A stretch of DNA of 64,000 nucleotides from Octopus vulgaris (taxonomy: Eukaryota): positions 72,230,001 through 72,294,000 of the forward strand of contig OX597823.1 of assembly GCA_951406725.2 (NCBI GenBank), given 5' to 3'. The stretch's first letter is position 1; every line of letters begins with the position of its first letter. The notes beneath the pieces are model-generated. The model was not told the origin of the DNA. It made no database searches and saw only the letters and a program-made list of their open reading frames with translations. The translations under genes were made by a program, and so were the position numbers. Of the stretch, positions 41,240 to 56,090 are shown one piece after another.

Positions 41240-41735
41240 CCTTTCCCTCCTTCCCTTCTTCCCTCCTTCCTCTTCTTTTTACCACTGACCACTCACTTGA
41301 GACTTGCTATGTCAACTACTGTTCGCCCTACCACACACACTTACATACAGACGCACGCACTAACATATACATATATTTTTTGTTTTTTATCTCGCCTCAC
41401 ACACACATACACACACGCACACGCACACACTCACACATACATACACATCATTTTTGTTACCAACCTTCCTGTCTCCACTCTTTTGGCTTTGAAAACCTAC
41501 TTTGCCCTTGTTATCCAAAACTTCCGGCCTTTCAGCATGTGTACTTCGTAAACACCAGTCGCGTTTTTTTTCCCTCTGTTCGCCCACATCAGGATCTTTC
41601 TTTCTTCTTTCTTCCTTCTCTTATGTTTCCGACGAAGAGCTCCGCTTCCATTTTCCTGAGCGCCTAATAATAATAATACTGTAATTGTTCCACGTGTTGT
41701 TGTTTTTTCTGTTTTCCCGTTTGGATTAACCTTAT
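41240..41735 (+). repeat. Pyrimidine-rich repeat, duplicated at 44372-44865
   Basis: Near-identical ~495-bp copies, both ending at (TA)n. Confidence 0.85.
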
Positions 41736-41750
41736 ATATATATATATATG

Positions 41751-42596
41751 TCAACAATTGAGGGTAAAATTAATTAATTAATCAATTTCACCAAGTATTC
41801 AGTATGCAAAGGGACCATTTAAGGCGAATTCAAATTATTACATTATATAAAAGGGCTTAGTAAAATAAATTACTTTGCCGCATACTGAACTCATTAGAAA
41901 TAGCAGCTAAAAAAACTTATTTAAAGCTATTTCCAATACTTAAAGAAAATCTCTCTCATATAGTGTTTGCTCCATTCAACTCACGAAAGTATGAGGGTAG
42001 AAACATTAAAAAATCAAATGCAAAGGTTATTTGAGAACGTACGTTTCAAGATTAGTCAGAATCGACACTTCTATCATCAGCTCAGAACTCCCTGGTTTGG
42101 ATTTGAAAGCACTGAAAGTCGGAGCATACCTTTTCGGCTTCCCATCGCCTCTGAAGATCTACTCGAAACTAACAGTGCCAGCAAATTCAAATATGCAAGC
42201 GAACAATTTCTGCTCTCCCCCTTCCACCAGCGTGGGTTAAAATCAGCAAACAACATGCTTTTTTTCGGTAAAATCCGAGGCATTAAAATAGAGGGAGATG
42301 AATTATAATTTCAACAATTGAGGGTAAAATTAATTAATTAATCAATTTCACCAATTATTCAGTATGCAAAGGGACCATTTAAGGCGAATTCAAATTATTA
42401 CATTATATAAAAGGGCTTAGTAAAATAAATTACTTTGCCGCATACTGAACTCATTAGAAATAGCAGCTAAAAAAACTTATTTAAAGCTATTTCCAATACT
42501 TAAAGAAAATCTCTCTCATATAGTGTTTGCTCCATTCAACTCACGAAAGTATGAGGGTAGAAACATTAAAAAATCAAATGCATGTTGTTTGCTGAT
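41751..42596 (-). mobile_element. Hammerhead-containing 560-bp monomer repeat (unit B), ~1.5 copies, in (TA)n
   Basis: tcaacaattgagggtaaaat at 41751 and 42311; ends with a 17-bp inverted piece (42580-42596 is the reverse complement of 42242-42258). Confidence 0.88.
42032..42084 (-). ncRNA. Type I hammerhead ribozyme
   Basis: Minus strand: TGAG CTGATGA T-AGA..GTC(GATTCT)GAC..TCT-T GAAA C(GTAC)G TT CTCA; GUU site. Confidence 0.82.
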
Positions 42597-42626
42597 ATAT
42601 ATATATATATATATGCATGTTGTTTG

Positions 42627-42700
<74 letters not shown>

Positions 42701-43678
42701 TATATATGAAAATATATATACTTTACCGAAAATTTTAACTAAAAATTTTCGAAAATTTTCACCGATAATTTTCTCCAAAAATTTTTCAAAAATTTTAACC
42801 AAGATTTTCACCGAAAATTTTCTCGAGAAGAATCCCCAAAAATTTTTGGAAAACTTTCACCGAAAATTTTAACCAAAAATTTTACGATAATTTTCCGCCA
42901 AAATTTTTCGAAAACTTTTGCGAAAATTTTACCCAAAATTTTTCGAAAATTTTCACTGAAAATTTTTGCCGAAAATATTCCCCAAAAATTTTTCGAAAAT
43001 TTTCACTGAAATCTTTAACAAAAACTTTTTCCAAAATTTTCACCGAAAATTTTCCCTAACAATTTTTCGAAAACTTTTACGGAAAATTTTCCCCAAAAAT
43101 TTTTCGAAAATTTTTCGAAAATTTTCTCCAAAAATTTTCCACAAAAATTTTTCGAAAATTTTCACTGAAAAATTTACCCAAAAATTTTTGAAAAATTAAA
43201 TAAAAATTTTGTTGATTTGTTGTTTCTGAAAACTTATGATCGACTGTTAGATGGTATATAGAGGAAATTTATTTGTAAAATGAGAGGAAAATCGTATGGT
43301 ATAAGCCATAGCCGCCCATAATAAAAAGGAATACGGGTGGGGTACTAGTCGCGGAGACTGGATCCGGTGCGCGCATCCGTGCATCCGCGCTAGCCAGTCG
43401 ATCCTATAGCGACTTGCGTATGCAAAACATTTTTTTTAAAGTAGACCACTACTAGTAGACCACTGTGTTTACTTTGAATAGCTACGGCAAACTTCGCTAA
43501 GCATTCAGCTATGCTCGTTCTCTTTCAACTGGAATTTAACCCCTGACCAACCCTAAATTATTAGACATTTTGGTCGTGGCCATCCCGCTTTGTTGTAAAT
43601 CCAATACTGCATTGTTCAGTTTGACTTTAAAAAAAATCGGCTGCTATTTCCAACAGTTCGTATATATACACATTTATG

Positions 43679-43710
<32 letters not shown>

Positions 43711-45327
43711 TACATATATATATGTATATATACATATATGTGTGTGTGTATATAAATATATATAAATATATATATTTCACCAAAAATTTTTCCCAAAAAT
43801 TTTTCCCAAATTTTCACCGATAATTTTCTCAAAAAACTTTTCAAAAATTTTACCCAAGATTTTCACCGAAAATATTCTCGAAAAAAATGCCCAAAAATTT
43901 TTGGAAACTTTCACCGAAAATTTTAACAAAAACATTTTACGATAATTTTCCCCCAAAATATTTCGAAAACTTTTGCCGAAAATTTTACCACAAAATTATT
44001 CGAAAATTTTTGGAGAAAATTTTCACCGAAAAATTTCCCCAAAAATGTTTCGAAAATTTTTCCCAAATGTTTTTCGAAAATTTTCACCAAAAATTTTCAG
44101 TTATGGAAAATTTTCACCGAAAATTTTACCCAAAAATTTTCACCAAAAATTTTCAGAAAATTTTCACTGAAAGGTTTAAACAAAAATTTTTCCAAAATTT
44201 TCAGAAAATTTTGCCCAAAAATTTTTCAAAAAATTTTCACCGATAATTCTCTCCAAAGATTTTTCGAAAATTTTACCCAAGATTTTCACCGAAAATTTTC
44301 CCGAAAAATTTGCCCAAAAAATTTTGGGAAAACATTCACCGTAAATTTTAACCAAAAATTTTACGATAAAATTTCCCTCCTTCCCTTCTTCCCTCCTTCC
44401 TCTTCTTTTTACCACTGACCACTCACTTGAGACTTGCTATGTCAACTACTGTTCGCCCTACCACACACACTTACATACAGACGCACGCACTAACATATAC
44501 ATATATTTTTTGTTTTTTATCTCGCCTCACACACACATACACACACGCACACGCACACACTCACACATACATACACATCATTTTTGTTACCAACCTTCCT
44601 GTCTCCACTCTTTTGGCTTTAAAAACCTACTTTGCCCTTGTTATCCAAAACTTCCGGCCTTTCAGCATGTGTACTTCGTAAACACCAGTCGCGTTTTTTT
44701 CCCTCTGTTCGCCCACATCGGGATCTTTCTTTCTTCTTTCTTCCTTCTCTTATGTTTCCGACGAAGAGCTCCGCTTCCATTTTCCTGAGCGCCTAATAAT
44801 AATAATACTGTAATTGTTCCACGTGTTGTTGTTTTTTCTGTTTTCCCGTTTGGATTAACCTTATATATATATATATATATATCTATGTATATACATATTC
44901 TCTAAATTTTTCGATAATTTTCACCGAAAATTTTCCCCAAAAATTTTTCGAAAATTTTCCCCAAATATTATTCGAAAATTTTCACCAAAAATTTTCCTCA
45001 AAAATTTTCACCAAAAATTTTCAGATAATTTTCACGGTGAAAATTTTCGAGAAATTTTTTGGTAAAAGTTTCAATGAAAATTTTCGTAAAATTTTTGGGG
45101 AAAATTTTCGGCAAAAGTTTTCGAAAAATTTTGGGGGAAAATTATCGTAAAATTTTTGGTTAAAATTTTCGGTGAAAGTTTTCCCAAAATTTTTGGGGAT
45201 TCTTCTCGAGAAAATTTTCGGTGAAAATCTTGGTTCAAATTTTTGAAAAATTTTTGGAGAAAATTATCGGTGAAAATTTTCGAAAATTTTTAGTTAAAAT
45301 TTTCGGGAAAGTATATATATTTTTATA

Positions 45328-45422
<95 letters not shown>

Positions 45423-45627
45423 CATATATATTTTTTTGAAAATTTTCGAAAAGTTTTTGTCTAAATTTTTCAGTGAAAATTTCCGAAAAATTTTGGGGGA
45501 AAATTTTCCGTGAAAATTTTCGAGAAAAATTTGGGAAAATTTTCGAAAAATTTTTGGAGAAAATTATCGGTGAAAATTTTCGAAAATTTTTAATTAAAAT
45601 TTTCGGGAAAGTATATATATTTTTATA

Positions 45628-45728
<101 letters not shown>

Positions 45729-46116
45729 CATATATATTTTTTTGAAAATTTTCGAAAAGATTTTGTCTAAATTTTTCAGTGAAAATTTCCGAAAAATTTT
45801 GGGGGAAAATTTTCCGTGAAAATTTTCGAGAAAAATTTGGGGAAAATTTTCGAAAAATTTTTGGAGAAAATTATCGGTGAAAATTTTCGAAAATTTTTAG
45901 TTAAAATTTTCGGTAAATCTTTGGAAAAATTTTTGGGCAAAATTTTCTGTGAAAACTTTGGAAAAATTTTTGGGTAAAACACCCAAATTTTTCGAAAATT
46001 TTCCCCAAATTTTTCTCGAAAATTTTCACCGAAAATTTTCCCCCAAAATTTTTCGGAAATTTTCACTGAAAAATTTAGACAAAAACTTTTCGAAAATTTT
46101 CAAAAAAAATATATAT

Positions 46117-46251
<135 letters not shown>

Positions 46252-46460
46252 TATATATAAAAATATATATATTTTCCCGAAAATTTTAACTAAAAATTTT
46301 CGAAAATTTTCACCGATAATTTTCTCCAAAAATTTTTCGAAAATTTTCCCCAAATTTTTCTCGAAAATTTTCACGGAAAATTTTCCCCAAAATTTTTCGG
46401 AAATTTTCACTGAAAAATTTAGACAAAAACTTTTCGAAAATTTTCAAAAAAATATATATG

Positions 46461-46547
<87 letters not shown>

Positions 46548-46860
46548 TATATATAAAAATATATATACTTTCCCGAAAATTTTAACTAAAAATTTTCGAA
46601 AATTTTCACCGATAATTTTCTCCAAAAATTTTTGAAAAATTTGAACCAAGATTTTCACCGAAAATTTTCTCGAGAAGAATCCCCAAAAATTTTGGGAAAA
46701 CTTTCACCGAAAATTTTAACCAAAAATTTTACGATAATTTTCCCCCAAAATTTTTCGAAAACTTTTGCCGAAAATTTTTCCCAAAAATTTTACGAAAATT
46801 TTCATTGAAACTTTTACCAAAAAATTTCTCGAAAATTTTGACGGAAAATTTTCCCCAAAT

Positions 46861-47170
46861 TATGGAAAGCCAGCGGTGCCAAAATCTTGAAGTATGGAAA
46901 GCCAGCCGTGCCAAAATCACAAAGTATGGAAACCCAGCTGTGATGAAATCGCAAATTATGGAAAGCTAGTGGTGCTAAAATCACAAAGTATGGAAAGCCA
47001 GCGGTGCCAAAATCACAAGATATGGGAAGACAGCGGTGCCAAAATCACAAAATAAGGAAAGCCATACTTTGTGATTTTGGCACCGCTAGTTGTCCATACT
47101 TTGTAATTTTTGCACCCCTGGCTTTCCATACTTTGTGATTTTGGCACCGCTAGTTTTCCATACTTTCCAT
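46861..47170. repeat. 32-bp minisatellite foldback
   Basis: About six forward units then three inverted units, switching near 47062. Confidence 0.85.
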
Positions 47171-48692
47171 AATTTTCTCTAAAAATTTTTCGAAGATTTT
47201 CACCAAGAATTTTTAGAAAACTTTTACTGAAAAGTTTTACCCAAAAATATTTCCAAAAATTTCACCGAAAATTTTACCCAAAAATTTTTCCAAAGTTTTC
47301 ACCGACAATTTTCTTAAAAATTTTTCGAAAATTTTCACCTAAAATCTTTCGAAAATTTTCCAAAAAGTTTTCGAAAATTTTTACCAAAAATTTTCCGAAA
47401 ATTTTTAACCGATAAAACACTGAAAATTTTGCCACAAAATTATTCGAAAATTTTACCCAAAAATGATTCGGAAATTTTCCCGAAAATTTTCGAAAATTTT
47501 CGATAATTCTCTCCAAAAATTTTTCGAAAATTTTAACCAAGATTTTCACCGAAAATTTTCTCCAAAGATTTGCCCAAAAATTATTCGAAAACTTTCACAG
47601 AATATTTTAACCAAAAATTTTACGATAATTCCGCAGAAATTATTCGAAAACTTTCACCGAAAATTTTAACCAAAAAGTTTACGATAATTCTCCCCCAAAA
47701 TTTTTCGAAAACATTTGCCGAAAATTTTCCCCAAAAATTTTTCGAAAATTTTCACTAAAACTTTTACCAAAAAATTCTTCGAAAATTTTCCCTAAAAATT
47801 TTCAATAAAATGTTTTCGAAAATTTTCACCAAAAATTTTCTCCGATAAAATATACCCAAAAATCTTTCGAAAATTTTCACTGAAAATTTTACCACAAAAT
47901 TATTGGAAAATTTTCACCGAAAATATTCTCCAAAATTTTTCGATAATTTTCACCGAAAATTTTCCCCCAAAATTTTTCGAAAATTTTCCCCAAATATTAT
48001 TCGAAAATTTTCACCAAAAATTTTCAGATAATTTTCACTGAAAGTTTTACCCAAAAATTTTTTCAATGTTTTCACAGAAAATTTTGCCCAAAAATTTTTC
48101 CAAAATTTTCACTGACAATTTTCCCCAAAAATTTTTCGAAAATTTTCACTGAAAAATTTACCACAAAAATATTTCGAAGATTTTCCCCAAAAACTTTTGA
48201 AAAATGTTTTGAAAAATTTTGTTGATTTGTTGTTTCTGAAAACTTATGATCGACTGTTAGATGGTATATAGAGGAAATTTATTTGTAAAATGAGAGGAAA
48301 ATCGTATGGTATAAGCCATAATAAAAAGGAATACGGGTGGGGTACTAATCGCGTAGACTGGACCCGGTGCGCGCATCTGCGCTAGCCAGCCGATTCTATA
48401 GCGACTTGCGTATGCAAAACATTTTTTTTTTAAGTAGACCACTACTAGTAGACCACTGTGTTTACTTTGAATAGCTACGGCAAACTTCGTTTGTTTTTAA
48501 CCAGACGTAAAGTAACCCTTTACTTCATAGAAATGTTTTATTTCTACGTGGGGGCAATTTGTTTATTATAAGTTTACGTTGAAGAGACTTGGTCGTTGAC
48601 AGGAGCCTCATAAGTTAACGCAGTGTACCATTTCATACGAGGCAATTAGTGTTATCTTCGTCTGTGATCTGTCACTGTACTACTTTTCCTTT

Positions 48693-49108
<416 letters not shown>

Positions 49109-49111
49109 TTA

Positions 49112-49144
<33 letters not shown>

Positions 49145-49172
49145 CACATATGTATATATATATACATATATG

Positions 49173-49203
<31 letters not shown>

Positions 49204-50074
49204 TATATACATGGGTACTTTTCTACAAGCGTGGTCCCGGTGCTAGCTAATCGTGACTAGTCGATCTTACGAAGACTATATAACGCGAGTGCGCGACTAA
49301 AAATCACACTCGCATGCGCTAGACATGTATGAGGTTTTTTTTAACAAATGATCTTTTTTAAACAAAGAAAATAAAACAAAGTAAGTAATTTGTTTTGTTG
49401 AGTCTTTTATTTACTTTGTTTTAGACAAAATCCATTTTTTTATTTATATATTCAGACATTATATACATATATTATTATGCGCGCACCTGTTAATTTGCAT
49501 ACTTGCGCTTGGTAGTCGTTAAAAGATCGACCAGTTACGACGGATTAGCACGAGTGCGCGCACCGGGACCATTGTTTTTGAGTAGCACCTTTGGTAGAGT
49601 ATGGAGGACTTGTTGGAGAAAATTTTCGAAAAATTTTTGGGGAAAATTTTGTGAAAATTTTCGAAAAATTTTTGTGTGAATTTTTCGGCAAAAATTTTCG
49701 AAAAATTGTTGGTGAAAATTTTTGGGTAAAATTTTCGAAAAATTTCTGGCTAAAATTTTCGGAAAATTTTTGGTGAAAATCTTTGGGTAAAATTTTCGGT
49801 GAAAATTTTCGAAAAATTTCTGGGTAACATTTTCGGTGATAATTTTCGGAAAATTTTTGGGTAAAATTTTCGGCAAAAGTTTTCGAAAAATTGTTGGTGA
49901 AAACTTTTGGGTAAAATTTTCTGTGAAAATTTTCGAAAAATTTCTGGGTAACATTTTCGGAAAATTTTTGGGTAAAATTCTTGGTGAAAATTCTCGAAAA
50001 ATTTTTGGAAGATTTTCCCCCCAAAATTTTGAAAATTTTTCGAAATATACTATAATTATATATATACATATATT

Positions 50075-50202
50075 AGACGGGCTTCTTACGGTTTACATCA
50101 ACCAGATATACTCACAAGTCTTTGGTCGGCCCGAGTCTATAGCAGAAGACACTTGCCCAAGATATCACGCAATAGTACTGAACCCAGAACCATGTGGTTG
50201 GG
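50075..50202 (-). mobile_element. CORE-type SINE 5' part
   Basis: gacgggcttc...agaagacacttgcccaag...aaccatgtggttgg. Confidence 0.75.
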
Positions 50203-50224
50203 AATACATATATATTTATATATA

Positions 50225-51423
50225 TCTGTATATATATACGGCAAGATGTGTGTGTGTGTGTACGAGATTGTAGTTTATGCACATCCACAATTTAGCACGC
50301 ATGTCGCTCAAATTTTAGGAGGACATTCGTCAACATCCTATCTGGGGTTTTGTCAACTTATTTTCTTCTCGAGGCACACGCGGATAGCGGTAAAAATCTA
50401 TTTTCAGCCATAGCTTTTTGACGGCGTCTAACAAAAAAAACAAGATAAAGAAAATTGGAAGAAGAGAGGCAGAGAGTTTCACGGGAAATACAAAGTGAGA
50501 GAGGGAGAGAGAGTAAGTTACGACGTTCCTAAAAATCTATTTTCAGCCATAGTATTCTGACGGCCTCTAACAAAAAGAAACAAGATAAAAAAAGTGGAAG
50601 AGAAGTAGAGAGTTTCACGGGAAAGACAAAGTGAGAGAGGGAGAGAGAGACAGTAAGTGACGACGTTCATAAAATATAAAATGTAAAATGTTTTGTCTTT
50701 TCTTAAACACGAGATATAGTGTTCAATTCAGAATGTTTTTGAAAGACACTATATTTTATAATCATAGTATATATACTTTCTCACACAACAATTACAATAT
50801 ATTTATTTAAAATCATTTATTTACTTTAAATCGTTCATCTTTCTCCCTCACACTCATTACTTTGGGTGCGAAAGAGTTTTGTTTTTATTTTACGCCGTGT
50901 AAAAAGTGTTTTGTTGACAATCCATTTATTTAACAACATAGAAACAAAGAGGTGAGTAACAATTTGTCAGTGAATTGCACAATATAAATGGGTACAATTT
51001 CCGAGGCTTCCACGACACCCACTCCGTTTCACGGACCCCAAAAAGGGTTTTGTAGCATATTAGGAGGCCAGAGTAGTTGATTCCACGCAAAAAAAATCCC
51101 GATTATTTTTCTTAGTGAAAATCGTGCGAGTGTTAATCTACCAATTTAACAACATTTTCCCATTCATTTCTGTTTATGAACATGTATGCATGCACAAAAC
51201 ATGCAATAGGTATACGTACGTACATGTGTGTTCGTGTCTGTTGCCCATATATATTTATATTATATTATATTATACATATATAATATATATATATAATATA
51301 ACCAATTTCAACGGATTTTGCCCAAATTTGACGTCGATATTACTTAGTTTGGTTTGAAATAAAGAACTTTATTAGCTTAATAATCGTAACTTAATCCCGG
51401 GCAAGGCCGGGTTATACTGCTAG
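50225..51423 (+). mobile_element. Non-autonomous Helitron, ~1.2 kb
   Basis: A|TC 5' end followed by TA/TG tracts; 3' hairpin CCCGG(GCAAGG)CCGGG then 8 nt and CTAG|T; internal 139-bp tandem duplication (50391, 50530). Confidence 0.8.
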
Positions 51424-51465
51424 TATGTAATAAATGCAAAGCGGGCGTTGATATCAGAGTGAGGT

Positions 51466-51843
51466 TGTAAGTTTTTTATGATGCGGTGTTTTCCACAGTT
51501 ATAATGTATGGTCACTCTTATGACTGTAACTGTTGTATTCACTCTAGTAGCCACGATATTTTCTTGGTATCAGATAGAGTGCATCTCTTCTTGGTATCAG
51601 ATGGAGTGCATCTCTTCTATACTGGAATGGTAATACACCGCTTCGTCTATCGTGCTATCGCTGATTGCTCTGCACGACACCGAATTTGAGCCGAAGATCT
51701 TGACTGTAACTCGAACTCGACTATAACACGTAACATACTCTTAACTCCAACTGAGAACTCGTACAACGACTGACACACGACTCACTTTATAGAGGCCTCT
51801 CATACCACTAGTCCCATGGGAGAGGTGTACCATTTCCACTACA
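51466..51843 (-). mobile_element. Possible solo LTR
   Basis: TGTA...TACA termini, TATAAA on minus strand, internal 27-bp duplication; no target-site duplication found. Confidence 0.3.
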
Positions 51844-52950
51844 ACAAAATTATAAAAACACATGATTTTAAAGGCATATTTAGTCTAAAGATGTCATTGA
51901 GCTTAGCGACACATCTTATAAATTCTGGTACTGGAAGACCTTAGCTTCTAGTTATAAGATTTATGGATATTATTTCGGTAACCAAGAGTATTTTAATAAT
52001 ATTATTACTGATACCTGGTCATATTAAACTACTTTTGCGAATCCTTAATTCTAATGACAGTTACCGATGGTTGTAATTTTATTCAGCTTGTTTCTAAACT
52101 TATCCGTTATTTTTATAGTTGCTTCATCCGCCTTAGTAATGGTCTTTATAATTCTTTATAATTCTTAGAAATTCTCTTAATATTATCTTGATACTCCTCG
52201 TAGTTGTGATCTGAAATGATTATTCAGCCTTCATAATTTTAATTGATTTGGTTAATAGAAACACTATGAAACAGTTTTTCAGATTTTATCGGGCATATCG
52301 GTTTTGTTTTCCTTCTATATTACTTCTAGGCTTTGAACCCATAACTTTATGACAGTTATATAAGTCATATTTCTATATTTCAATATTTAATTTTATATAT
52401 TTTTATATTGATACTGTTTATAGCCTGAACTACTTTCATTAGCCTAGTATACATATTTATTTGTTCTCTTTTGCAAACACTGTCTTCCCGCGTTGTTCTA
52501 TTCCGTTGCTATTTAAATATTTATAGATTATGATTACTGACACTGTGTCTATGGTTATCTCAATATATTTATAATGTTTTCCCTTATTCTTTCCCCTCCT
52601 TTTGTCCGCCCTCGTCTTCTGAAATTTCGAGACACCTTTGCTATTCTTTGCGTTTTATTTTTAAGTTATTTTCCCTGAATAGTAATCAGCTGGATCACTC
52701 TTAAGAAAAGCTAATATTCTATTAGTTCTGAAAAAATGAGTTGGAGTACTTTAATGAAGAAGAAATGAAATAGATGAATAAGTAATGACGGAATATATTA
52801 ACCATTTGAAATACCAAACAATATAACTCAGTAACTAATTTTTTGAGAATTACACCGGCAATTATTTTGTCTAAGGTTTTGAAAGGGATCATTGTCATGC
52901 AAGGTCGCCGGCAATCTGCTTGTGTGTATATATATATATATATATATATA

Positions 52951-53020
52951 GCTGCTATTTCTAGTAAGTTCAGTATGTGGCAAAGTAATTTATTTTACTA
53001 AGCCCTAATTATATAATATA
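52951..53020 (+). repeat. Fragment of a unit-B-like monomer in (TA)n
   Basis: gctgctatttctagtaagttcagtatgtggcaaagtaatttattttactaagccct matches the reverse complement of ~41852-41907. Confidence 0.85.
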
Positions 53021-53312
53021 TATATATATATATATATATCTGTTTTGCCAGTACCAGACTTTGTGGACGATGTAGCTACGTTTAATGACATCTTTAGAAC
53101 AGATACACTTTTCAACTATTCTATTATTTAGAGCGTCGTTTTGTTATCCACCCGCACGATTGACTGATTGTAGTTCAATCCACTTTACATTTTCTCCATA
53201 TGTTGGTAATTCTGATTCGAAATTTCACTTGTTGATGAACTATTGATTCATGGGCATGTTATTGCGGGCTTGTATATTTGTTCAACCTGATGAGTTGGAG
53301 GGTTGTGTAATG

Positions 53313-53597
53313 CAGTGCAACTCGATGTGGTGGTCCACGGACCGGTGCAGGTCCGCGAGCCATCAGCTACCGGTACGCGATGAGTTTCCAGAAAAGAAAG
53401 AAACATTATAAAATGATTGTGTAATATTGTATTATTTGTTTATAAAATAAATATAAGATTGAAAAATTGTCAACTTTTATTATATTCATTATATATACTG
53501 TATCCGGTATAAATTAATATTACTAAAAAATATTACCGGTCCCTGGCACATTGGAAAAATAACTGCCGGTATGCCACATCAGATAGTTTGAGCACTG
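53313..53597. mobile_element. hAT-like MITE, 285 bp
   Basis: CAGTGC...GCACTG termini; 8-bp flanks GTGTAATG and ATGTAATG (7/8); subterminal ccggt motifs. Confidence 0.75.
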
Positions 53598-55088
53598 ATG
53601 TAATGTATTCCATAATCTTATGGATGTTGTGCATACAACATACTTGCATCATGTTCAAGTCACAATAATGGTTTATAATGAGACAACTGTAGCAGTAACA
53701 GATAACTCATTCGTCTGTTTTTAAGTTTTTCACGCCATTTAAGGTTCCATTCATCTTTGCATACTACTGGAGTTTCAGATTACCTGAAAGCAAAGAACTT
53801 CTCTTCAACGATGCATTCTGTGCTATGATAATGGATTACTTAATTGACTGATTTGCATCATTCAGTCGAGCCATTAATTGTGGCGTCTTTCACTTTGATA
53901 AGCTTCGAACTTTAATGGATTCTCCTTAATCAAATTCCACCCCACCTTTCAGTACACACATACATACATACGCAAGCATACATGCATACACACACATGCA
54001 TATATATGCACAGACCATTCATGAGACGATTACTTCTTTCTCAAATGCAGCTGGTATTTGCCAACTCTGTTTCCGCGAGAAAATACGCATTGTCCACTAG
54101 CTTTCAATATCCGTCAACAGTGACCTATCTTATTGTTGAAACTAAACTTTTGCCCTGTTGTTGAACTGCAAATGAACTTGGCTTTTCTCTTCTACTAGAT
54201 TTATTAAATTCTCTTTCAATTGGTTGCATATAGATACAGAGATATCGAGACACACAGAGAGATATGGACGAACGTGTATGTGAAGCTAGTTATTTTCACA
54301 AATATTCTGTTATATACATATAAGAAGAAAGCACGAGAAATAACGTGTAGTATGATAATAAATGTCAAAACCATAACTTGACTTCCTCTCTGTATGTTGT
54401 TCTTCTGCAAAGACTGCTTCATTTAAACTACACAGCAGCAGACGTGACAAAAAATACAATAGACTTTCTTAAGGAGGCACTTTCACCAAAATGCTGAGTG
54501 TTCAGGGAACATATTTAAAATGACAAAGTGTTGCTTCGGAATTCGGTTTTAGTTCTAATTGCTTTTATCTCCAAACATTCCAGACGCTTGAAAATATCAA
54601 TATCTACATTTATGAGTTATACTACACATTTTTGTTTATCATGTTTTATGAGTGTTGCACAAATGATGTCCAAAGTTCGTTCAGTTTGAGGCAGTATGTT
54701 ATTCTCAAGCAGTAGCGTATATTTCGTGCCATTGTGGTAACAAGTCTATATCACTAGAAACGCTTTGATGTCACCGACAATAAAATTATTTTAAAAATCT
54801 GTCTTTACGATTCTAGTGAGTTATAGTTTTGGCGAGTACAAAGATTTTATGATTGACACATATACACACACTCAAGCATATACTCACGCACACACACATA
54901 TATAAAATATATTCGTATATATATCTGTATACATATATATTAAATATATCTATATATATACCCGTATACATATATATATATTAATATATATATACATATA
55001 TACAGACATACATATATATATATATATACATACATACATACATATTATTCACAAACACACACACGTACACGCATATTTATAAATAATT

Positions 55089-55140
<52 letters not shown>

Positions 55141-56058
55141 TTATGCATCTCTCTCTTTTTTGCTTTCATACACACATACACACATATGTATGTATGTATA
55201 TATGTGTACACTACAAACACTAAAACAGAGAGTTGGTTTTGATCTTATTTAATGTCGTGAACAGCCACGTGTTTCAGTGACGAGTGTTACCGAATCATAT
55301 AACACAGACAAGGTGCAGGAAGATCGAATGGTTCAGAAATTCATCATGCAGCCATCGTAGTGTTTCATGTTAAGTATTCCTCTGTGAAGCATCTTGAGCT
55401 AATCTAACTTTCTGTACGCCATCTTAACCCAGGCATTGTAAGTAATATTCGGTAGACATAGACCGCGTAGTATCCCGACAAGTAAATTGTATTTGTAACT
55501 CAAAACATACAGCCTAGTTTCCAGGAAGGTCAAGGAACTCATCAAAGGCTGATGAGACCTGGTACTAGTACCTTGTAAACCACTATTATTTGTTTCATGG
55601 TCGATTGGTCGGCGACTAAACCGGTTTTTCCACTTGAGTAGCTGGCTATCTTTGAGAGTAGGGTGTCTGGACAGCCAACGGGATTAAAAACATGACCTTT
55701 TCTAGGTGGATGAATCCATTATGAGCCAACGGTCATTCAGTGGAAGAAAGCAATGGAAAACGATCCCAATATCTTTGGCAAGAAAACACAAGTCAGAATG
55801 AAGTAACGCTATGGCTTCATCCGATGGGAGGACTGGTGCATAATTGGGAAAACGTTCGTTGTAGTATCATCAATGTGCTGCAAAAACATAGAATACGGCG
55901 GCGACAATGACGAAAGCCTTGTTACTCATATCGTCACTCTGATTCTGCTCGACAACTGGGTTACGGTTTGTAGAATGCTACTTACACAGGAGCAGGTAAT
56001 TAAGATCAATCTTCTTAATCTGAATCAACACAGAACGACGAAGAACCGACGTGCGCTC

Positions 56059-56090
<32 letters not shown>

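Noticed and set aside
41625-41650. CCGACGAAGAGCTCCGCT half-core (also ~44758)
   Set aside because: No GAAA or stem III follows; possibly deleted but not supportable here.
46861-47170. CRISPR-like regular 32-bp repeats
   Set aside because: No unique spacers or cas genes, and the context is eukaryotic; it is a minisatellite.
55315-55980. SINE-like head with RTE-like tail segment and CTGATGAG
   Set aside because: Too degraded to delimit; no GAAA partner for a hammerhead.
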